IMG/VR virus record: IMGVR_UViG_3300042923_001252 | Span: 1-45,389 of that record | DNA from: a virus | Strand: one strand, 5' to 3' | Length of the DNA: 45,389 nucleotides | Shown: positions 24,222 through 34,351 of the stretch, piece by piece | Layout of the letters: each line of letters starts with the position of its first letter | Numbering within the stretch: position 1 is the first letter of the stretch | Position numbers and translations under genes: made by a program | Notes under the pieces: generated by a model | What the model was told of the DNA's origin: nothing | What the model saw: the letters and a program-made list of their open reading frames with translations, nothing else | The model's database searches: none

Positions 24222-26926
24222 AAAATTTGACCTCCCGCAAATGCATATTCTTGCGTATTTCCTGATGGTTGTGAACCATACTTTCTTATTACCGCAGCAT
24301 TGGCAGTTAAAGCATATTGATTGTTACTCCCCGAATTGACTTGAGTAATTACATCAGAACCATGATCTGAATAAATAGCCGTTGTACAATTATCTATTTC
24401 TGTGCTAGCAACTAACACTTTGCTACAAAATGCATTTAAGCCATATCCACCTTGCCCGTATCCATCTAATTTCCCTAAATTTAAAACAACTCTTTCGCAG
24501 TTATCAACTTTCAAAGCTTCTACTGCATTTCCATCAGAAAATTTTGTTGGATTATAACTTATTTGTAAATAGTCTAACAATACGTTTCTTGAGTTGACAA
24601 TTGCTAATCTTCCTTGAAGATCAAATGCTGTAGAACCATATCCTATATGGAGCCATCCTGTCCCCTGAAAAACAATTTGCGTATTACCAATACTATCGTA
24701 CGATCCTGCAGATCCATAAATCTTGACATATACATCAGTAAATACCCAATAATACTTTATTATTTCTGAAGATAATCTTGGAAAAGTCTTAAAAGCAGAA
24801 GCTAAACTTAATCCATCATTAGCATCGTTTCCATTTTGTAAATCAACATAATATGTTAGTGAAGTATTAATAGCCTGTAGGAAATTAGAAGCATGATAAC
24901 CATCAAGTAAATCTGAATCTAAGCCACTTCCAGACCCATCATTACCTTGATGCCAAACTTTATTGGTGCCGACTTTAAATTCTCCACCTTGTACAGATAA
25001 AACATCTTCACTATCAGTTTGTAATCTTACAGAGTAATCGCCTGACCCACTTGACGTATGATGAAAATCTAAATATCTTCCAATTTCAGTTACTCCGTCT
25101 GTACTATTTTTAACTAATCCATCGTCCCAACCATTAATTCCAGATACATGTTTACCATCAACTGTATCGGCATCCAAAGCTGATCCAGAGCCATCAACTG
25201 TTTTTAGTTTTGTTAAAATATCAGTGGCTGAATCACTAATTTTTACCCAACTTGGAGACACTGTTCCGCCATTGAGGACTCTTACATAAAGATCTCCCTC
25301 ATTATGCGTTACGTCATAAAAGAAGGCATAACCCCAAGAGCCACTTTGAGATATAGAAACAATTGCATTAGCGCCTCCTGAAACGCCACTTATGCCTGCA
25401 TCTTGCACACCAACAAAATGCAATCCTGTTGGCATTGCTTTAAATCCCGTTACAAAAGCTGCATCATCTGTATATAAATATTTATATGTCCCGTTATCTG
25501 CTGTGATTTTTACATTTTGTGTAATAGCTCTTAGAGCATCAACATTATCTTTACCAGCGATTTCGCGCCATGTTGACCAACCACCAGCAGTTCTTTGACG
25601 AATTTTCATTCCATTAAATATTCCGCCTTCTGGTGTCATGGTGAAGCCGAGTTGAGTAATGTAATTAGAATCGCCAGCACAAATAACAAGAATTTTACAC
25701 CACTGAGAAATAGAACTAGAAAAAGGTGCATTTATACCATTATTAATATCATACCATCCGTTTGATATGAGGTTATTTACATCACTATTATCTGCCACCC
25801 TTTTTGCTATTCCACCCAGACCAAATCCCTTTGCCCAGTCGATTGCTGCTTGCTTTGCTGCAGCATCCGACGCCGCTTGAGCTGTACTCACTGGTTTATT
25901 TACATCAGATGTATTATCAGCATTTCCAAGTCCAACTTGTGATTTGGTCACACTATGAGGATTGTCAGTTCTGCTTGTGTGTGCAGTTAAATCATCCATA
26001 CTGGAAATATTTTTCCATGAATTCCAAGAAGAAGAACCCTGTCTAAATCTATAATATGCTCTTCCAGAATCTGAAAAGAACAATTGAGATAGATTAGACA
26101 CTCCTTTGATTACGATAACCATTCCCGCATTTTCAGAAGGTGCATTAACCATGGTTGTAGTTGTTATAGTATAAAATCCTGGAGAAACGATATTATTAAA
26201 ATCTGTTTCAGATACTGATTTTCCTTGACCATCATCTTGGGTTATTTTCATATTCTGTGTGAGTGCTTTAAGTGCATTCACTGCAGCTGTAATGGCAGCA
26301 TTTTGAGCCGTTGACACGGGTTTATTAACATCAGATGTATTGTCTGCGTTTCCTAGTCCGACCTGTGCTTTCGTTACAGCATGAGGATTGTCTGTTCGGC
26401 TGGTATGTGCGCTTAAATTGTTTTGAACAATGGCAACTGCATCTGCTATCTTTTGCTCAGCATCTTCAATCGTTTCATATACATGACTTTTATCAATAGT
26501 TGCTGTAATAGTTCCCCCAGTTCCTACAACCAGGACGACATCAACATTTTTCTCAATGACGTCGGTACTGCCTGCCCCCGCTGGAATATACTCAGCTGCA
26601 GACTGCGCGTTTCCATATGCATAGAGTAATTCTTGTTGAGTGTCCGGATCTTTCGCATATACCCCGATTTCTTTCCACCAAAATCCCGAATCAATTTCTT
26701 GATTAGAGAGGACAAAGCCAAGCGTTACTTTACCACCAGTCGCAACATTGAATTTCACGATCGGCATGCTTTTAATCTCATTAATCATTGCTGACACATT
26801 GGTCATTGGTCCTGTTAAATCGCCACTACCGATGCCAATACGAGTAAATTGCAAGGTTTTACCGCCTTGCACCTTACCTTGTATGTTGATTCCGTTTTGC
26901 GTAAGTATGAGTCCACCAAAGCTCAC
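24218..26926 (-). CDS. Tail fibre protein (tail-collar N-terminus, duplicated repeat, beta-helix-like C-terminus)
   Basis: N-terminus GGLILTQNGINIQGKVQGGKTLQFTRIGIGSGD fits the phage tail-collar fibre domain. It contains two 38-aa repeats, two LD.D..DG.H motifs, and a C-terminus with repetitive N/G/V-rich turns. Confidence 0.85.
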   Translation of the reverse strand: MSFGGLILTQNGINIQGKVQGGKTLQFTRIGIGSGDLTGPMTNVSAMINEIKSMPIVKFNVATGGKVTLGFVLSNQEIDSGFWWKEIGVYAKDPDTQQELLYAYGNAQSAAEYIPAGAGSTDVIEKNVDVVLVVGTGGTITATIDKSHVYETIEDAEQKIADAVAIVQNNLSAHTSRTDNPHAVTKAQVGLGNADNTSDVNKPVSTAQNAAITAAVNALKALTQNMKITQDDGQGKSVSETDFNNIVSPGFYTITTTTMVNAPSENAGMVIVIKGVSNLSQLFFSDSGRAYYRFRQGSSSWNSWKNISSMDDLTAHTSRTDNPHSVTKSQVGLGNADNTSDVNKPVSTAQAASDAAAKQAAIDWAKGFGLGGIAKRVADNSDVNNLISNGWYDINNGINAPFSSSISQWCKILVICAGDSNYITQLGFTMTPEGGIFNGMKIRQRTAGGWSTWREIAGKDNVDALRAITQNVKITADNGTYKYLYTDDAAFVTGFKAMPTGLHFVGVQDAGISGVSGGANAIVSISQSGSWGYAFFYDVTHNEGDLYVRVLNGGTVSPSWVKISDSATDILTKLKTVDGSGSALDADTVDGKHVSGINGWDDGLVKNSTDGVTEIGRYLDFHHTSSGSGDYSVRLQTDSEDVLSVQGGEFKVGTNKVWHQGNDGSGSGLDSDLLDGYHASNFLQAINTSLTYYVDLQNGNDANDGLSLASAFKTFPRLSSEIIKYYWVFTDVYVKIYGSAGSYDSIGNTQIVFQGTGWLHIGYGSTAFDLQGRLAIVNSRNVLLDYLQISYNPTKFSDGNAVEALKVDNCERVVLNLGKLDGYGQGGYGLNAFCSKVLVASTEIDNCTTAIYSDHGSDVITQVNSGSNNQYALTANAAVIRKYGSQPSGNTQEYAFAGGQIL

Positions 26927-26927
26927 T

Positions 26928-27482
26928 TTAGATCACCTGCTTTACTACTAATTTATCTGCAACATGAAGGAAAGCTCCGAAAGTCATCGCCACATTTTCT
27001 GTTTCAATGATTTCAACCTTTTCTAGTACAGTGCTCTTTCTTTTCACAGAATCAATAGCTCGGATAAATTGTAATGCTTTTTCGTTTGTTGCTGAGCTAT
27101 TATTTGTTCGAACTTTAAAATGAAACGGTTCCCCACTGTACTCGAACCATTCAATCACTTGACCATCACCAAAAACGGTCTGCACGAGATCTTCAACTGC
27201 CCCTTTTGTCCCCTTTTTTTGATGAAAAAAAAGAGCTTTGTTAATCAGCTCTCGTTTCGTTTCTATGGACAATGACGCATCGTAAAAATCTACATGTTTT
27301 TCCCAAGCCGTTATATCGAGAAGCCAATCTGGCAACTCATTTCGTGGATCTAGAACTTTACTTTTCTCAAATATATAGGTAAGCATAGCATTCATCGCCT
27401 GCACCATCGCCTGATCTTCAGGATGCTGTGTTAAGTGCGCCGGCATAACGTTCATTAATGATAGTGCATTGAGATCATTCAT
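26928..27482 (-). CDS. Baseplate protein, P2 gpI / XkdU-like
   Basis: W..HVDFYD..LSIETKRELI......HQKKGTKGAVEDLV matches the Tail_P2_I pattern. Synteny after the gpJ-like gene. Confidence 0.7.
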   Translation of the reverse strand: MNDLNALSLMNVMPAHLTQHPEDQAMVQAMNAMLTYIFEKSKVLDPRNELPDWLLDITAWEKHVDFYDASLSIETKRELINKALFFHQKKGTKGAVEDLVQTVFGDGQVIEWFEYSGEPFHFKVRTNNSSATNEKALQFIRAIDSVKRKSTVLEKVEIIETENVAMTFGAFLHVADKLVVKQVI

Positions 27483-28584
27483 CGATTAGACCTCCATAGG
27501 TCAGCTGAACGGTTCCTGGCCATGCAACTTGATTTTTATCGATCGGAACATATTGTTCTGAGTGAACAACGATTCGACTGACCCCTTTTTCTTTCAAACG
27601 CATGATCAATTCACTCGCATCAATGCTACGCCCAAGCTTACTTTTTTGCCAAATGATATAATCATCGCAGACTTGCTGGACAATGTCTTGCATCTCGTCT
27701 TGTGTTCCATCTTTATCACTCGTTAAGTAATAGGTCAGGTCAATAGTATAGTTAACGATTTCAGGCTTAGCTACAGTCACCATATCTGTTAATGGTCTCT
27801 TATATTTATCATTTAGGTTAGCAAGAACCGCAGCACATAAACTATCTGAAGGCAAAGACCCATTAACGAGTAATGGTACTACTGTAACTTCTCCGGGAGC
27901 TGGCGATACTGCCTGAACATCAACGATTGATTGATCAGTAGAAATTGCATGGAACTTATAAGCATCCTCTGGTCCAGCAGTTGAATAACTTTCGTTTGAC
28001 TGGCGAATACGTTCAGCATAAGAGTCGTCATCCTCCCAATCTTTTCCTCCATCTGATTTCACTGTGTTGTACACGTTAGAAACCCATGAAATGGGATCAA
28101 CCAAGTCCGTAATTTGGTTAGGTAAATAGCCGTTCCCAACGGTTCCCGCTTCCTCACAGGTTGCACCTACATCGATAAATGGTGTTCCGGGTTGAACGAC
28201 AACATCTTGATCGACTATAAAATTAAGCTCATTTACAGCCACTCGTGTTCCTTGAGGAATGGTAAATACTTCTGGATTCGACACTTCAAATCGCAATGTT
28301 GTATTAGCCGGAGAAGGTGCTAGTCTTTGAACATTTCGATCCTCTCCTTTTTGATCCAGGTAATCATCGACTGCATAGGCAAGCAAATTCTGTTTCCCTG
28401 TAAAATCGATATTATTTACAATAAGCGCAGCCAAGTAGGCTACGCTTTGAATAAATTTTCTACGAGGATCAGCATCGCTAAGAGAGGTATTCATCAGACT
28501 CTCAAATTGCCCTACGCCAATAGATTCAAGTTCTTCTACATCGACATCCACAAAATTAACATCTGGTAAATTAAACCTCGCCAT
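27475..28584 (-). CDS. Baseplate J-like protein (gpJ / XkdT-like)
   Basis: 369 aa; size, position and general Baseplate_J-like sequence character. Overlapping starts and stops with its neighbours. Confidence 0.7.
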   Translation of the reverse strand: MARFNLPDVNFVDVDVEELESIGVGQFESLMNTSLSDADPRRKFIQSVAYLAALIVNNIDFTGKQNLLAYAVDDYLDQKGEDRNVQRLAPSPANTTLRFEVSNPEVFTIPQGTRVAVNELNFIVDQDVVVQPGTPFIDVGATCEEAGTVGNGYLPNQITDLVDPISWVSNVYNTVKSDGGKDWEDDDSYAERIRQSNESYSTAGPEDAYKFHAISTDQSIVDVQAVSPAPGEVTVVPLLVNGSLPSDSLCAAVLANLNDKYKRPLTDMVTVAKPEIVNYTIDLTYYLTSDKDGTQDEMQDIVQQVCDDYIIWQKSKLGRSIDASELIMRLKEKGVSRIVVHSEQYVPIDKNQVAWPGTVQLTYGGLIDE

Positions 28585-28879
28585 CTGCCTTCACCACCTT
28601 AACCGTTGGACTGATCTTTCCAGATACGGGATCATAATCATAATCGATCGTCGAAACTTCCAGATCAGGAACCGCCGTTTCCAACCAATCAACAATTTCT
28701 GAATAGATACCTGTTTCTGCTTGATTTATTGGTGCATCTACAGGAGGAACATAACCCGCACCGCGATCGAGCGGACAGCTACCAAGAATGGTACTCAATG
28801 CTGATCTCGCATTTTGCAGGATCGCTGCATCACCTGTTGCTCCATAATCTATTTTTTCTAAAGGAGATAGCTCTGTCAT
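28571..28879 (-). CDS. Baseplate wedge protein, gpW/gp25 / XkdS-like
   Basis: 102 aa. ILQNARSALSTILGSCPLDRGAGY resembles the GPW_gp25 core. Synteny. Confidence 0.55.
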   Translation of the reverse strand: MTELSPLEKIDYGATGDAAILQNARSALSTILGSCPLDRGAGYVPPVDAPINQAETGIYSEIVDWLETAVPDLEVSTIDYDYDPVSGKISPTVKVVKADGEV

Positions 28880-28885
28880 CGACCG

Positions 28886-29557
28886 TTACCCTTTCCGATA
28901 TGTGACATACTTACGGGATGCCGAACACCATTTACTGCCGCCAAGATCATACCAGGTAATATCCGTTACTTTTTTCCCGTAGACCTTATACTTTTGATTT
29001 TTGCGAAGCACTTTTACAATGCGTGCTTTAAGTGATGGAGAAATACGACAGTTAAGCATTCCTACATTGATCGTAATTGTGCCTGTTTCTTTTCGTTTGG
29101 AAGCGCCCTGAGATGTCGATTTTTTAGGTTTTGATTTTTTACTGCTTGACTTGGCTGATTTTGGATACTCCTCTAAGATCACATCAGCACTAACAGTACA
29201 AAGTCGACCTTTTTGATCAATTTGCCGATTTGATTCCGTTATACTGGTAAGACGCCATTGATTTGAGGAAACAGTCTGTTTACCAAGGATAAACTTCCCG
29301 ACTTTACCTGAGTCACGAAACTTTCGCATCTTCTTCAGCTCATCACCGGGCTTAACACCCTGATAAACGGAAAAAACGATTGTCATTGAGAACTGTTCAA
29401 GGCCTGGTCCGATGAATTCAGGTAGGGGTTTGTGTCCGATTAAGTCATGTGATCCCCAGCGTGCGCTTCCGCTCCGTTCGCTGTCAGTAAATGTTAAGAC
29501 TTTTTTACTTTTAACTACAAAAGAGACTCCTGCAAAAGAGCCGATCTTCGTCATCAT
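28886..29557 (-). CDS. P2 GpU-like tail protein fused to a C-terminal SH3b-like domain
   Basis: The N-terminal 130 aa (F..VSF.....R.G.ARWGSHDLIGHKPLPEFIGPGLEQFSMTI...L..MR...G....ILG) fit the GpU pattern. A Ser/Lys linker follows, then LNCRISPSLKARIVKVLRKNQKYKVYGKK..WYDLGG.KW, which is SH3b-like. Confidence 0.55.
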   Translation of the reverse strand: MMTKIGSFAGVSFVVKSKKVLTFTDSERSGSARWGSHDLIGHKPLPEFIGPGLEQFSMTIVFSVYQGVKPGDELKKMRKFRDSGKVGKFILGKQTVSSNQWRLTSITESNRQIDQKGRLCTVSADVILEEYPKSAKSSSKKSKPKKSTSQGASKRKETGTITINVGMLNCRISPSLKARIVKVLRKNQKYKVYGKKVTDITWYDLGGSKWCSASRKYVTYRKG

Positions 29558-29568
29558 CTACACCCCAC

Positions 29569-29769
29569 TTAGTACTTACCCAAAACAAACCCATCATTTC
29601 CGATACACACGCAACAGACCGAATCGCCAACCGTAGGCATCCAATCATCACCCCTATCAAGGACATTAAAAGCATTTGAAACAACGTATTCTCGCTTTGA
29701 AAAGATAATGCGTGCCGTTCGGTCAGATAGCGAAACCGATGATACACGTCCAATTTCGATCATATTCAT
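29569..29769 (-). CDS. Small gpV-like baseplate spike/plug protein (XkdR position)
   Basis: IEIGRVSSVS...ARIIF......SNAFNVLDRGDDWMPTVGDSVCCVCIGNDGFVLG resembles the gpV OB-fold N-terminus. Confidence 0.5.
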   Translation of the reverse strand: MNMIEIGRVSSVSLSDRTARIIFSKREYVVSNAFNVLDRGDDWMPTVGDSVCCVCIGNDGFVLGKY

Positions 29770-29773
29770 GAAA

Positions 29774-30778
29774 TCAGTACCCCCTCAAACATTTCCGTAG
29801 TGATAAAGTTGTCGTTGTTTCTTCACCACTTGACGCACTTTGAGTTGTAACAATATATTTTCCGTTGAAATGACCGAACTCAGAAAGTGTTACCGTCATC
29901 CCGGCATAATAATTTTGATAACCATATAGAGTAAGCTCCATCGTCTGGCCATCTTTATTCGCATCACGAAGCCTTGCTTTCGCCCGCCTGAGCGCAGAGG
30001 TTTCATCCTTTACATCTTCTTGAACAGTTAAGACCCTCTTAACACCACTTGGCGCATGAGGGTCTGTAAAGGTTACATGATAGGTCTTTTTCATATCCTT
30101 TTTTTGGAAAGATACCTTGCACGATCGATAAAGGCCCGTGAAGCTACTTGTCCCTTTATAGGTCAAAACAATTGGATTACTTCGTTTAATCGTCGCCTTA
30201 CTTGCTCGTTCTTCATAGCTGCGTTCAGAAAAAATAACAAGTTGTTTACTGGATACTTTGAGCGCTAACCCCTCATTATCACAAAGTGTCATCAACACCG
30301 CGAGATCACTTTCGCCTGATTGCTCTGTCCGATCATATTTAATCGTGTCCTGTACATCATAGACTAACTTCATACGATTTCGCGAAGCGATATCTGAAGC
30401 AATTTTCCGAAGGGTTGTTTTTTCCCAAGCTTGGTGATGCCCTTCCGCACGAATAGATGATGTATTCGGAACAGAAATACCTTTGATTGCCGCAACGCTT
30501 GGTGGTCCGCTGATTTCTATTTGGTCGATTTCGAAAAGACCTTTAACGAATGTCTTTTTCTTTGTAGTGGTCTGAATGATTGATGCTTTAACGGTCGAAC
30601 CCTTTTTTGGCATCCATTTACCCATCCAAAGATGCTTTGTGTCTTCAACCGTCAATTCAAAGTCGTCTGCTTCACCACTCAGGTTGTCTGTATAGGACCA
30701 ACCTTCAACCTTTGCATCTAGCGAGGTTCCTTTATATGAGAGATCAAGACGCGTCTTCAGAGCCTCCGTCATCATCAT
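29774..30778 (-). CDS. Late control gene D-like baseplate hub protein (gpD / XkdQ-like)
   Basis: About 334 aa. Position between the LysM/gpX-like and gpV-like genes, with gpD-like N-terminal pattern LSYKG..L......WSYTDNLSGEADDFELTVED. The start is among three consecutive ATGs. Confidence 0.7.
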   Translation of the reverse strand: MMMTEALKTRLDLSYKGTSLDAKVEGWSYTDNLSGEADDFELTVEDTKHLWMGKWMPKKGSTVKASIIQTTTKKKTFVKGLFEIDQIEISGPPSVAAIKGISVPNTSSIRAEGHHQAWEKTTLRKIASDIASRNRMKLVYDVQDTIKYDRTEQSGESDLAVLMTLCDNEGLALKVSSKQLVIFSERSYEERASKATIKRSNPIVLTYKGTSSFTGLYRSCKVSFQKKDMKKTYHVTFTDPHAPSGVKRVLTVQEDVKDETSALRRAKARLRDANKDGQTMELTLYGYQNYYAGMTVTLSEFGHFNGKYIVTTQSASSGEETTTTLSLRKCLRGY

Positions 30779-31016
30779 CACTCCCATCCAGTTCCTCGTC
30801 CAATTCATCAGCATCCTCCGTCAACCACGGTGGAGCATCGTCAATGTCTTCCTCTATATCAATATCAGGGATACTTAATTCAATACCTTGATCAAAGATA
30901 ACAATTAATCGGTAAGCCTGATTTGCCGAAAGTAAAACCGGAAGCATGTACTCACTTCCGTATTGTTCATAGGCAATTTTGTCCCAGGTATCGCCGTACT
31001 TTGTGGTATAGATCAT
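30744..31016 (-). CDS. LysM-like tail protein X (gpX / XkdP-like) with acidic tail
   Basis: YTTKYGDTWDKIAYEQYG.....PVLLSAN LysM-like motif. ATGA overlap with the tape-measure stop. Confidence 0.65.
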   Translation of the reverse strand: MIYTTKYGDTWDKIAYEQYGSEYMLPVLLSANQAYRLIVIFDQGIELSIPDIDIEEDIDDAPPWLTEDADELDEELDGSDDDDGGSEDAS

Positions 31017-34000
31017 GGTTTAAACGACTTCCTTTTTCGCTCCGCCTCATATTGCTTAATCTTATTGAAAAAGTTCTCGCGCTCGCTTGCCAGAACCTTT
31101 TTTGTTTCATGACCGCCACCGTGAATAACCGGGGCATAAGTAAACGAATGTGAACTTGTATTTGTTAGTGTTTGAGATAAGCGTTGTGATTGCCCGGCAA
31201 GTTCCCTACCTTTATCCGATAATCCAAGCATTTCACCTGTTTTATGATAAATTGATAACGCGTTTGGATCTCCTGGACGAATGGGCACGATTGACTCAGG
31301 ATAACCAGCTTCAGATACCATACCTAGATGAGGTTTGTTAAAAATACCGCCCTTGGCATGCTTATGCAAAGAAATAGGGAACAAATTATGTCCTTTTCCG
31401 TTGCCTTTCTTGTTGGATTTAGCCTTTCCGGATCCTGATGACTCGGTTGGAAACTTTGCATTATTTGCACGGCTAATTAAATTGGTCATCGCATTATCCG
31501 CTGCACTGATCTTCGTATGCAGGGTATTTACCCATGTAGGTGACTGCGCCAAAACTGCATAAAGAGCTGATGCCGCTTGAGAGACACCGCCCCCAACGCT
31601 TCCCATTCCTGAAAGAGATTGTACCCCATTTGAAGCACGATCAAGCGCGCTCTTTAATTTACTGGCGCTTGCTTTAACTCCTGAAAATAAATCTTGGGGA
31701 ATATTCGGGACCTCAGAAGTCTTTCCTCGTGCTTTACTCGCAAATTGGTTTGCTCTATTTAAACTCGGATCTTGTTTTTGATAATTCGTTCCACGTACAG
31801 CATCAACTGCTTTTCCTCCAAGCCATTGACCCCCGTAATAACCTAAGGCTGATCCTATAATACCGCCAATTATCGTACCTACAACTGGAACCACTGAACC
31901 AACTGCCGCTCCTGCAGCTCCACCGGCCCATGCGCCACCTAATCCGCCTGCAGCTTTACCAGTTGCTTTTACCTTATCCTTTGCAGTTGCAATGTCGTAG
32001 GCAGATGATGCTACAGCTAAGGCTGTATTTGCCTTTCCGGCTAATTTAGCACCTGAACTTGCGAAAGAAAGTGCCTTTCCTTTTAGCACCGCTGAACGGC
32101 TTGCTTTAAGTGGTGCTGAAACGTTCTCTTTCAACGGAACAGAGCGTTTTTGTTCAACGTCTGATGCCCTTGTTTTATTTTTTGGTATCTTTGAAGTTCT
32201 TGTTGATTTAGTATTTTTCGGTTTAAGCTTATGACGCGTTCTACTTGGTACGGATTTTGGATCTAATTCGTTAGCTTTGAGCTTTTCTTTTGGAATAACT
32301 GTTGACTTTGAGAGAGCTGTTTTTGAAACATTTCCTTTCCTATTTTTGAATTTATTCCAACCCCATTTGCCAATTCCCTTAGCCGACCCTTTAAAACCTT
32401 TTCTGAGCACCCCACCAGTTAAAAGATCAGCTGCAAGTACCATACCTCCTGCTGATGCCCAGTTACCATTAAGCGCTGAATCTACAGCACCTGTTAATGC
32501 AGATTTTAGTGCTTTTGCCCATGCTTTGATTGCAATGCCGGCAAGCTTGGTGAAAATTCTTTCAACCGCTTTACCACCTGGTCCACTAACCCACTTGTCC
32601 ATTGCATCTGCTGCACGATCAAGTGACATGTTGACTTTATCGCTAAAGTCCATGTCCTGGTAATCATTGTATTTAGCCATGGCAGCCGCGTAGGCCGACC
32701 GATATTCCGGATTATTTAGACCTCTTTTGTCAAACTTGGGTTTAACTGTAATAAAAGGTTCGAGAATATGTTCAAACCCATCAGACAAACTTTTGCTGAA
32801 GTTTTGAACGTCTTTGGTATGAGCCGTGAAAGCATCTGCTAAGCCATTCGCTGCTTTTTTGACAAGAGGTAATGCAGACTCTGCACCAATAATTTGTAGC
32901 GTCTCAAAAGCGCCAGACAATTGCTCGACAGCACCGGAAGCATTGTCCATTTTCTTTCGTGCGACGTCCAAGGCAGTGACTTTGGACATCTCTTTGTACA
33001 TGTCCTGTACACCACTTGCCCCAGATTTATAAAGAATGTTGGCTGCGCGTACTGCGTCCGTTCCAAACATTTTTTTCAGCACATCAGATCGTTCTTTACG
33101 TGTTAATCCTGCAAGTTTGTCCTGAAGTACCCCGGCGATATCAGCAAGATCCTTTGCATTTCCTTTGGCATCGAAGAAAAGATTGGAACCTTTTTTCGTT
33201 ATGATACCTAAGTGCTGCATCAGAGCCGCCGCTTTGTCTGTTTGAGGAGACAGATTGAGTAGCATCGTTTTTAAACTGGTACCGGCATCTTGTCCCTGAA
33301 GAGCATTATTTGAAAATAAGGCAAGACCTGCTGCTGTTTGTTTAAGTGATAATCCTGCTCCATCTGCCACAGGACCGACTGCTCCAAGGCCATATTTAAG
33401 GTCCATCAAGTCAGCTGATGATGCGTTAGCTGCACCGGCAAGATAATTCGCTGCTTGGGCAGCAGTCATATTGTCCTTTTTGTACCCATTGAGTGCATTG
33501 GACATCAAATTTGCTGAATCGGTCAACCCCATATCGCCGGCAGTAGCGAGATTTAGTGAAGCCTCCAAACCACCGTTTTTTATGGTTTTTGTAGATAGAC
33601 CGGCTTTCGCAAGCTCTTCTTCGCCTTGCACACTTTCTAATGCGTTATATTTTGTACGTTGCCCGACATCAAGGGCCAGTTTACGCATTTGTTGCCGTTC
33701 AGAATCACTTATTCCGGTCAATGCTTGAAGCGAATCAAGCTGAGCTTGGAAAGCCATGCCTTTTTTAATTGAACTACCAGCTAGAACAGGGGCAGCCAGT
33801 GCTGCTGCAGTCATAGGGATACTAACTGCTCGTGTCGCTCTTCCTTTTGCTTCAGACAAAGCAGTGGAGGTCGACTGTTTAAGAGCCGACCTCCGCTTTT
33901 GCACACGTTCCAGACGTTGTTGCGCCGAAATGTTTTTATTCAGTTGTTCATATACATTTTGTTGCGATTTTTTGTATTCATTGACACCCAATGAACCACG

Positions 34001-34156
34001 TTTATACTGATTATCTAAGTTCCTTAGACTTCGTTTTAATTGGTTCGCTTCGCCTTTTAAATCCGACATTCTTTGGGAAGTAGACGCAAACGCACTTGTT
34101 AGCGAACTGGCCAGATGCCCGGTGATATTAAAAGCGACAGTGAACGCTTTAGCCAT
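31013..34156 (-). CDS. Tail tape measure protein
   Basis: 1047 aa, Ala/Gly/Lys-rich and helical, with Gly-rich TM-like segments. Located after the chaperone genes. Confidence 0.9.
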   Translation of the reverse strand: MAKAFTVAFNITGHLASSLTSAFASTSQRMSDLKGEANQLKRSLRNLDNQYKRGSLGVNEYKKSQQNVYEQLNKNISAQQRLERVQKRRSALKQSTSTALSEAKGRATRAVSIPMTAAALAAPVLAGSSIKKGMAFQAQLDSLQALTGISDSERQQMRKLALDVGQRTKYNALESVQGEEELAKAGLSTKTIKNGGLEASLNLATAGDMGLTDSANLMSNALNGYKKDNMTAAQAANYLAGAANASSADLMDLKYGLGAVGPVADGAGLSLKQTAAGLALFSNNALQGQDAGTSLKTMLLNLSPQTDKAAALMQHLGIITKKGSNLFFDAKGNAKDLADIAGVLQDKLAGLTRKERSDVLKKMFGTDAVRAANILYKSGASGVQDMYKEMSKVTALDVARKKMDNASGAVEQLSGAFETLQIIGAESALPLVKKAANGLADAFTAHTKDVQNFSKSLSDGFEHILEPFITVKPKFDKRGLNNPEYRSAYAAAMAKYNDYQDMDFSDKVNMSLDRAADAMDKWVSGPGGKAVERIFTKLAGIAIKAWAKALKSALTGAVDSALNGNWASAGGMVLAADLLTGGVLRKGFKGSAKGIGKWGWNKFKNRKGNVSKTALSKSTVIPKEKLKANELDPKSVPSRTRHKLKPKNTKSTRTSKIPKNKTRASDVEQKRSVPLKENVSAPLKASRSAVLKGKALSFASSGAKLAGKANTALAVASSAYDIATAKDKVKATGKAAGGLGGAWAGGAAGAAVGSVVPVVGTIIGGIIGSALGYYGGQWLGGKAVDAVRGTNYQKQDPSLNRANQFASKARGKTSEVPNIPQDLFSGVKASASKLKSALDRASNGVQSLSGMGSVGGGVSQAASALYAVLAQSPTWVNTLHTKISAADNAMTNLISRANNAKFPTESSGSGKAKSNKKGNGKGHNLFPISLHKHAKGGIFNKPHLGMVSEAGYPESIVPIRPGDPNALSIYHKTGEMLGLSDKGRELAGQSQRLSQTLTNTSSHSFTYAPVIHGGGHETKKVLASERENFFNKIKQYEAERKRKSFKP

Positions 34157-34159
34157 CGT

Positions 34160-34351
34160 TTACGCCTCCTTTGAAAACAACTCGATCGCATCCTCAAGAG
34201 TGTCAAATAACTCATCAAGAGATAGATCGAGGAAATATGGATAAGGCGTGTGTGTTCGAGATGATAGCCCGAACGTTATTTTCCTTAGTTCTTTTTGGAC
34301 GTTTCGAGTTGGCTGGCGTACTGTGTTTCGCCCAATCGTCCGGATAAAAAA
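34160..34351 (-). CDS. -1 frameshift extension of the tail assembly chaperone (G-T-like long product)
   Basis: The -1 frame is open from the in-phase slippery heptamer T TTT TTA (34351..34345) to TAA 34160..34162, three nt before the tape-measure ATG. A second slippery run AAAAAG lies at 34291..34296. Confidence 0.6.
   Translation of the reverse strand, partial: FFIRTIGRNTVRQPTRNVQKELRKITFGLSSRTHTPYPYFLDLSLDELFDTLEDAIELFSKEA

Noticed and set aside
25877-26416. Tail-fibre repeat pair considered as a diversity-generating retroelement template/variable repeat.
   Set aside because: There is no reverse transcriptase anywhere in the genome. Differences between the copies are not restricted to adenine positions, and both copies are inside the same ORF.
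29511-29753. 80-aa minus-strand ORF overlapping the gpV-like gene in another frame.
   Set aside because: It is almost entirely contained within 29569..29769 and the start of 28886..29557, both of which have RBSs and family-like sequence. Its translation is hydrophobic and low-complexity.
31150-34010. Many plus-strand ORFs of 60-128 aa (e.g. 32277..32663, 33471..33728, 33756..34010) antisense to the tape-measure gene, and similar ones antisense to other structural and early genes (3278..3517, 3867..4163, 8531..8824, 9462..9722, 30607..30891, 40083..40364, 42228..42647).
   Set aside because: These are shadow ORFs inside long, well-supported minus-strand genes. They have no RBSs and low-complexity Ser/Pro/Leu-rich translations.
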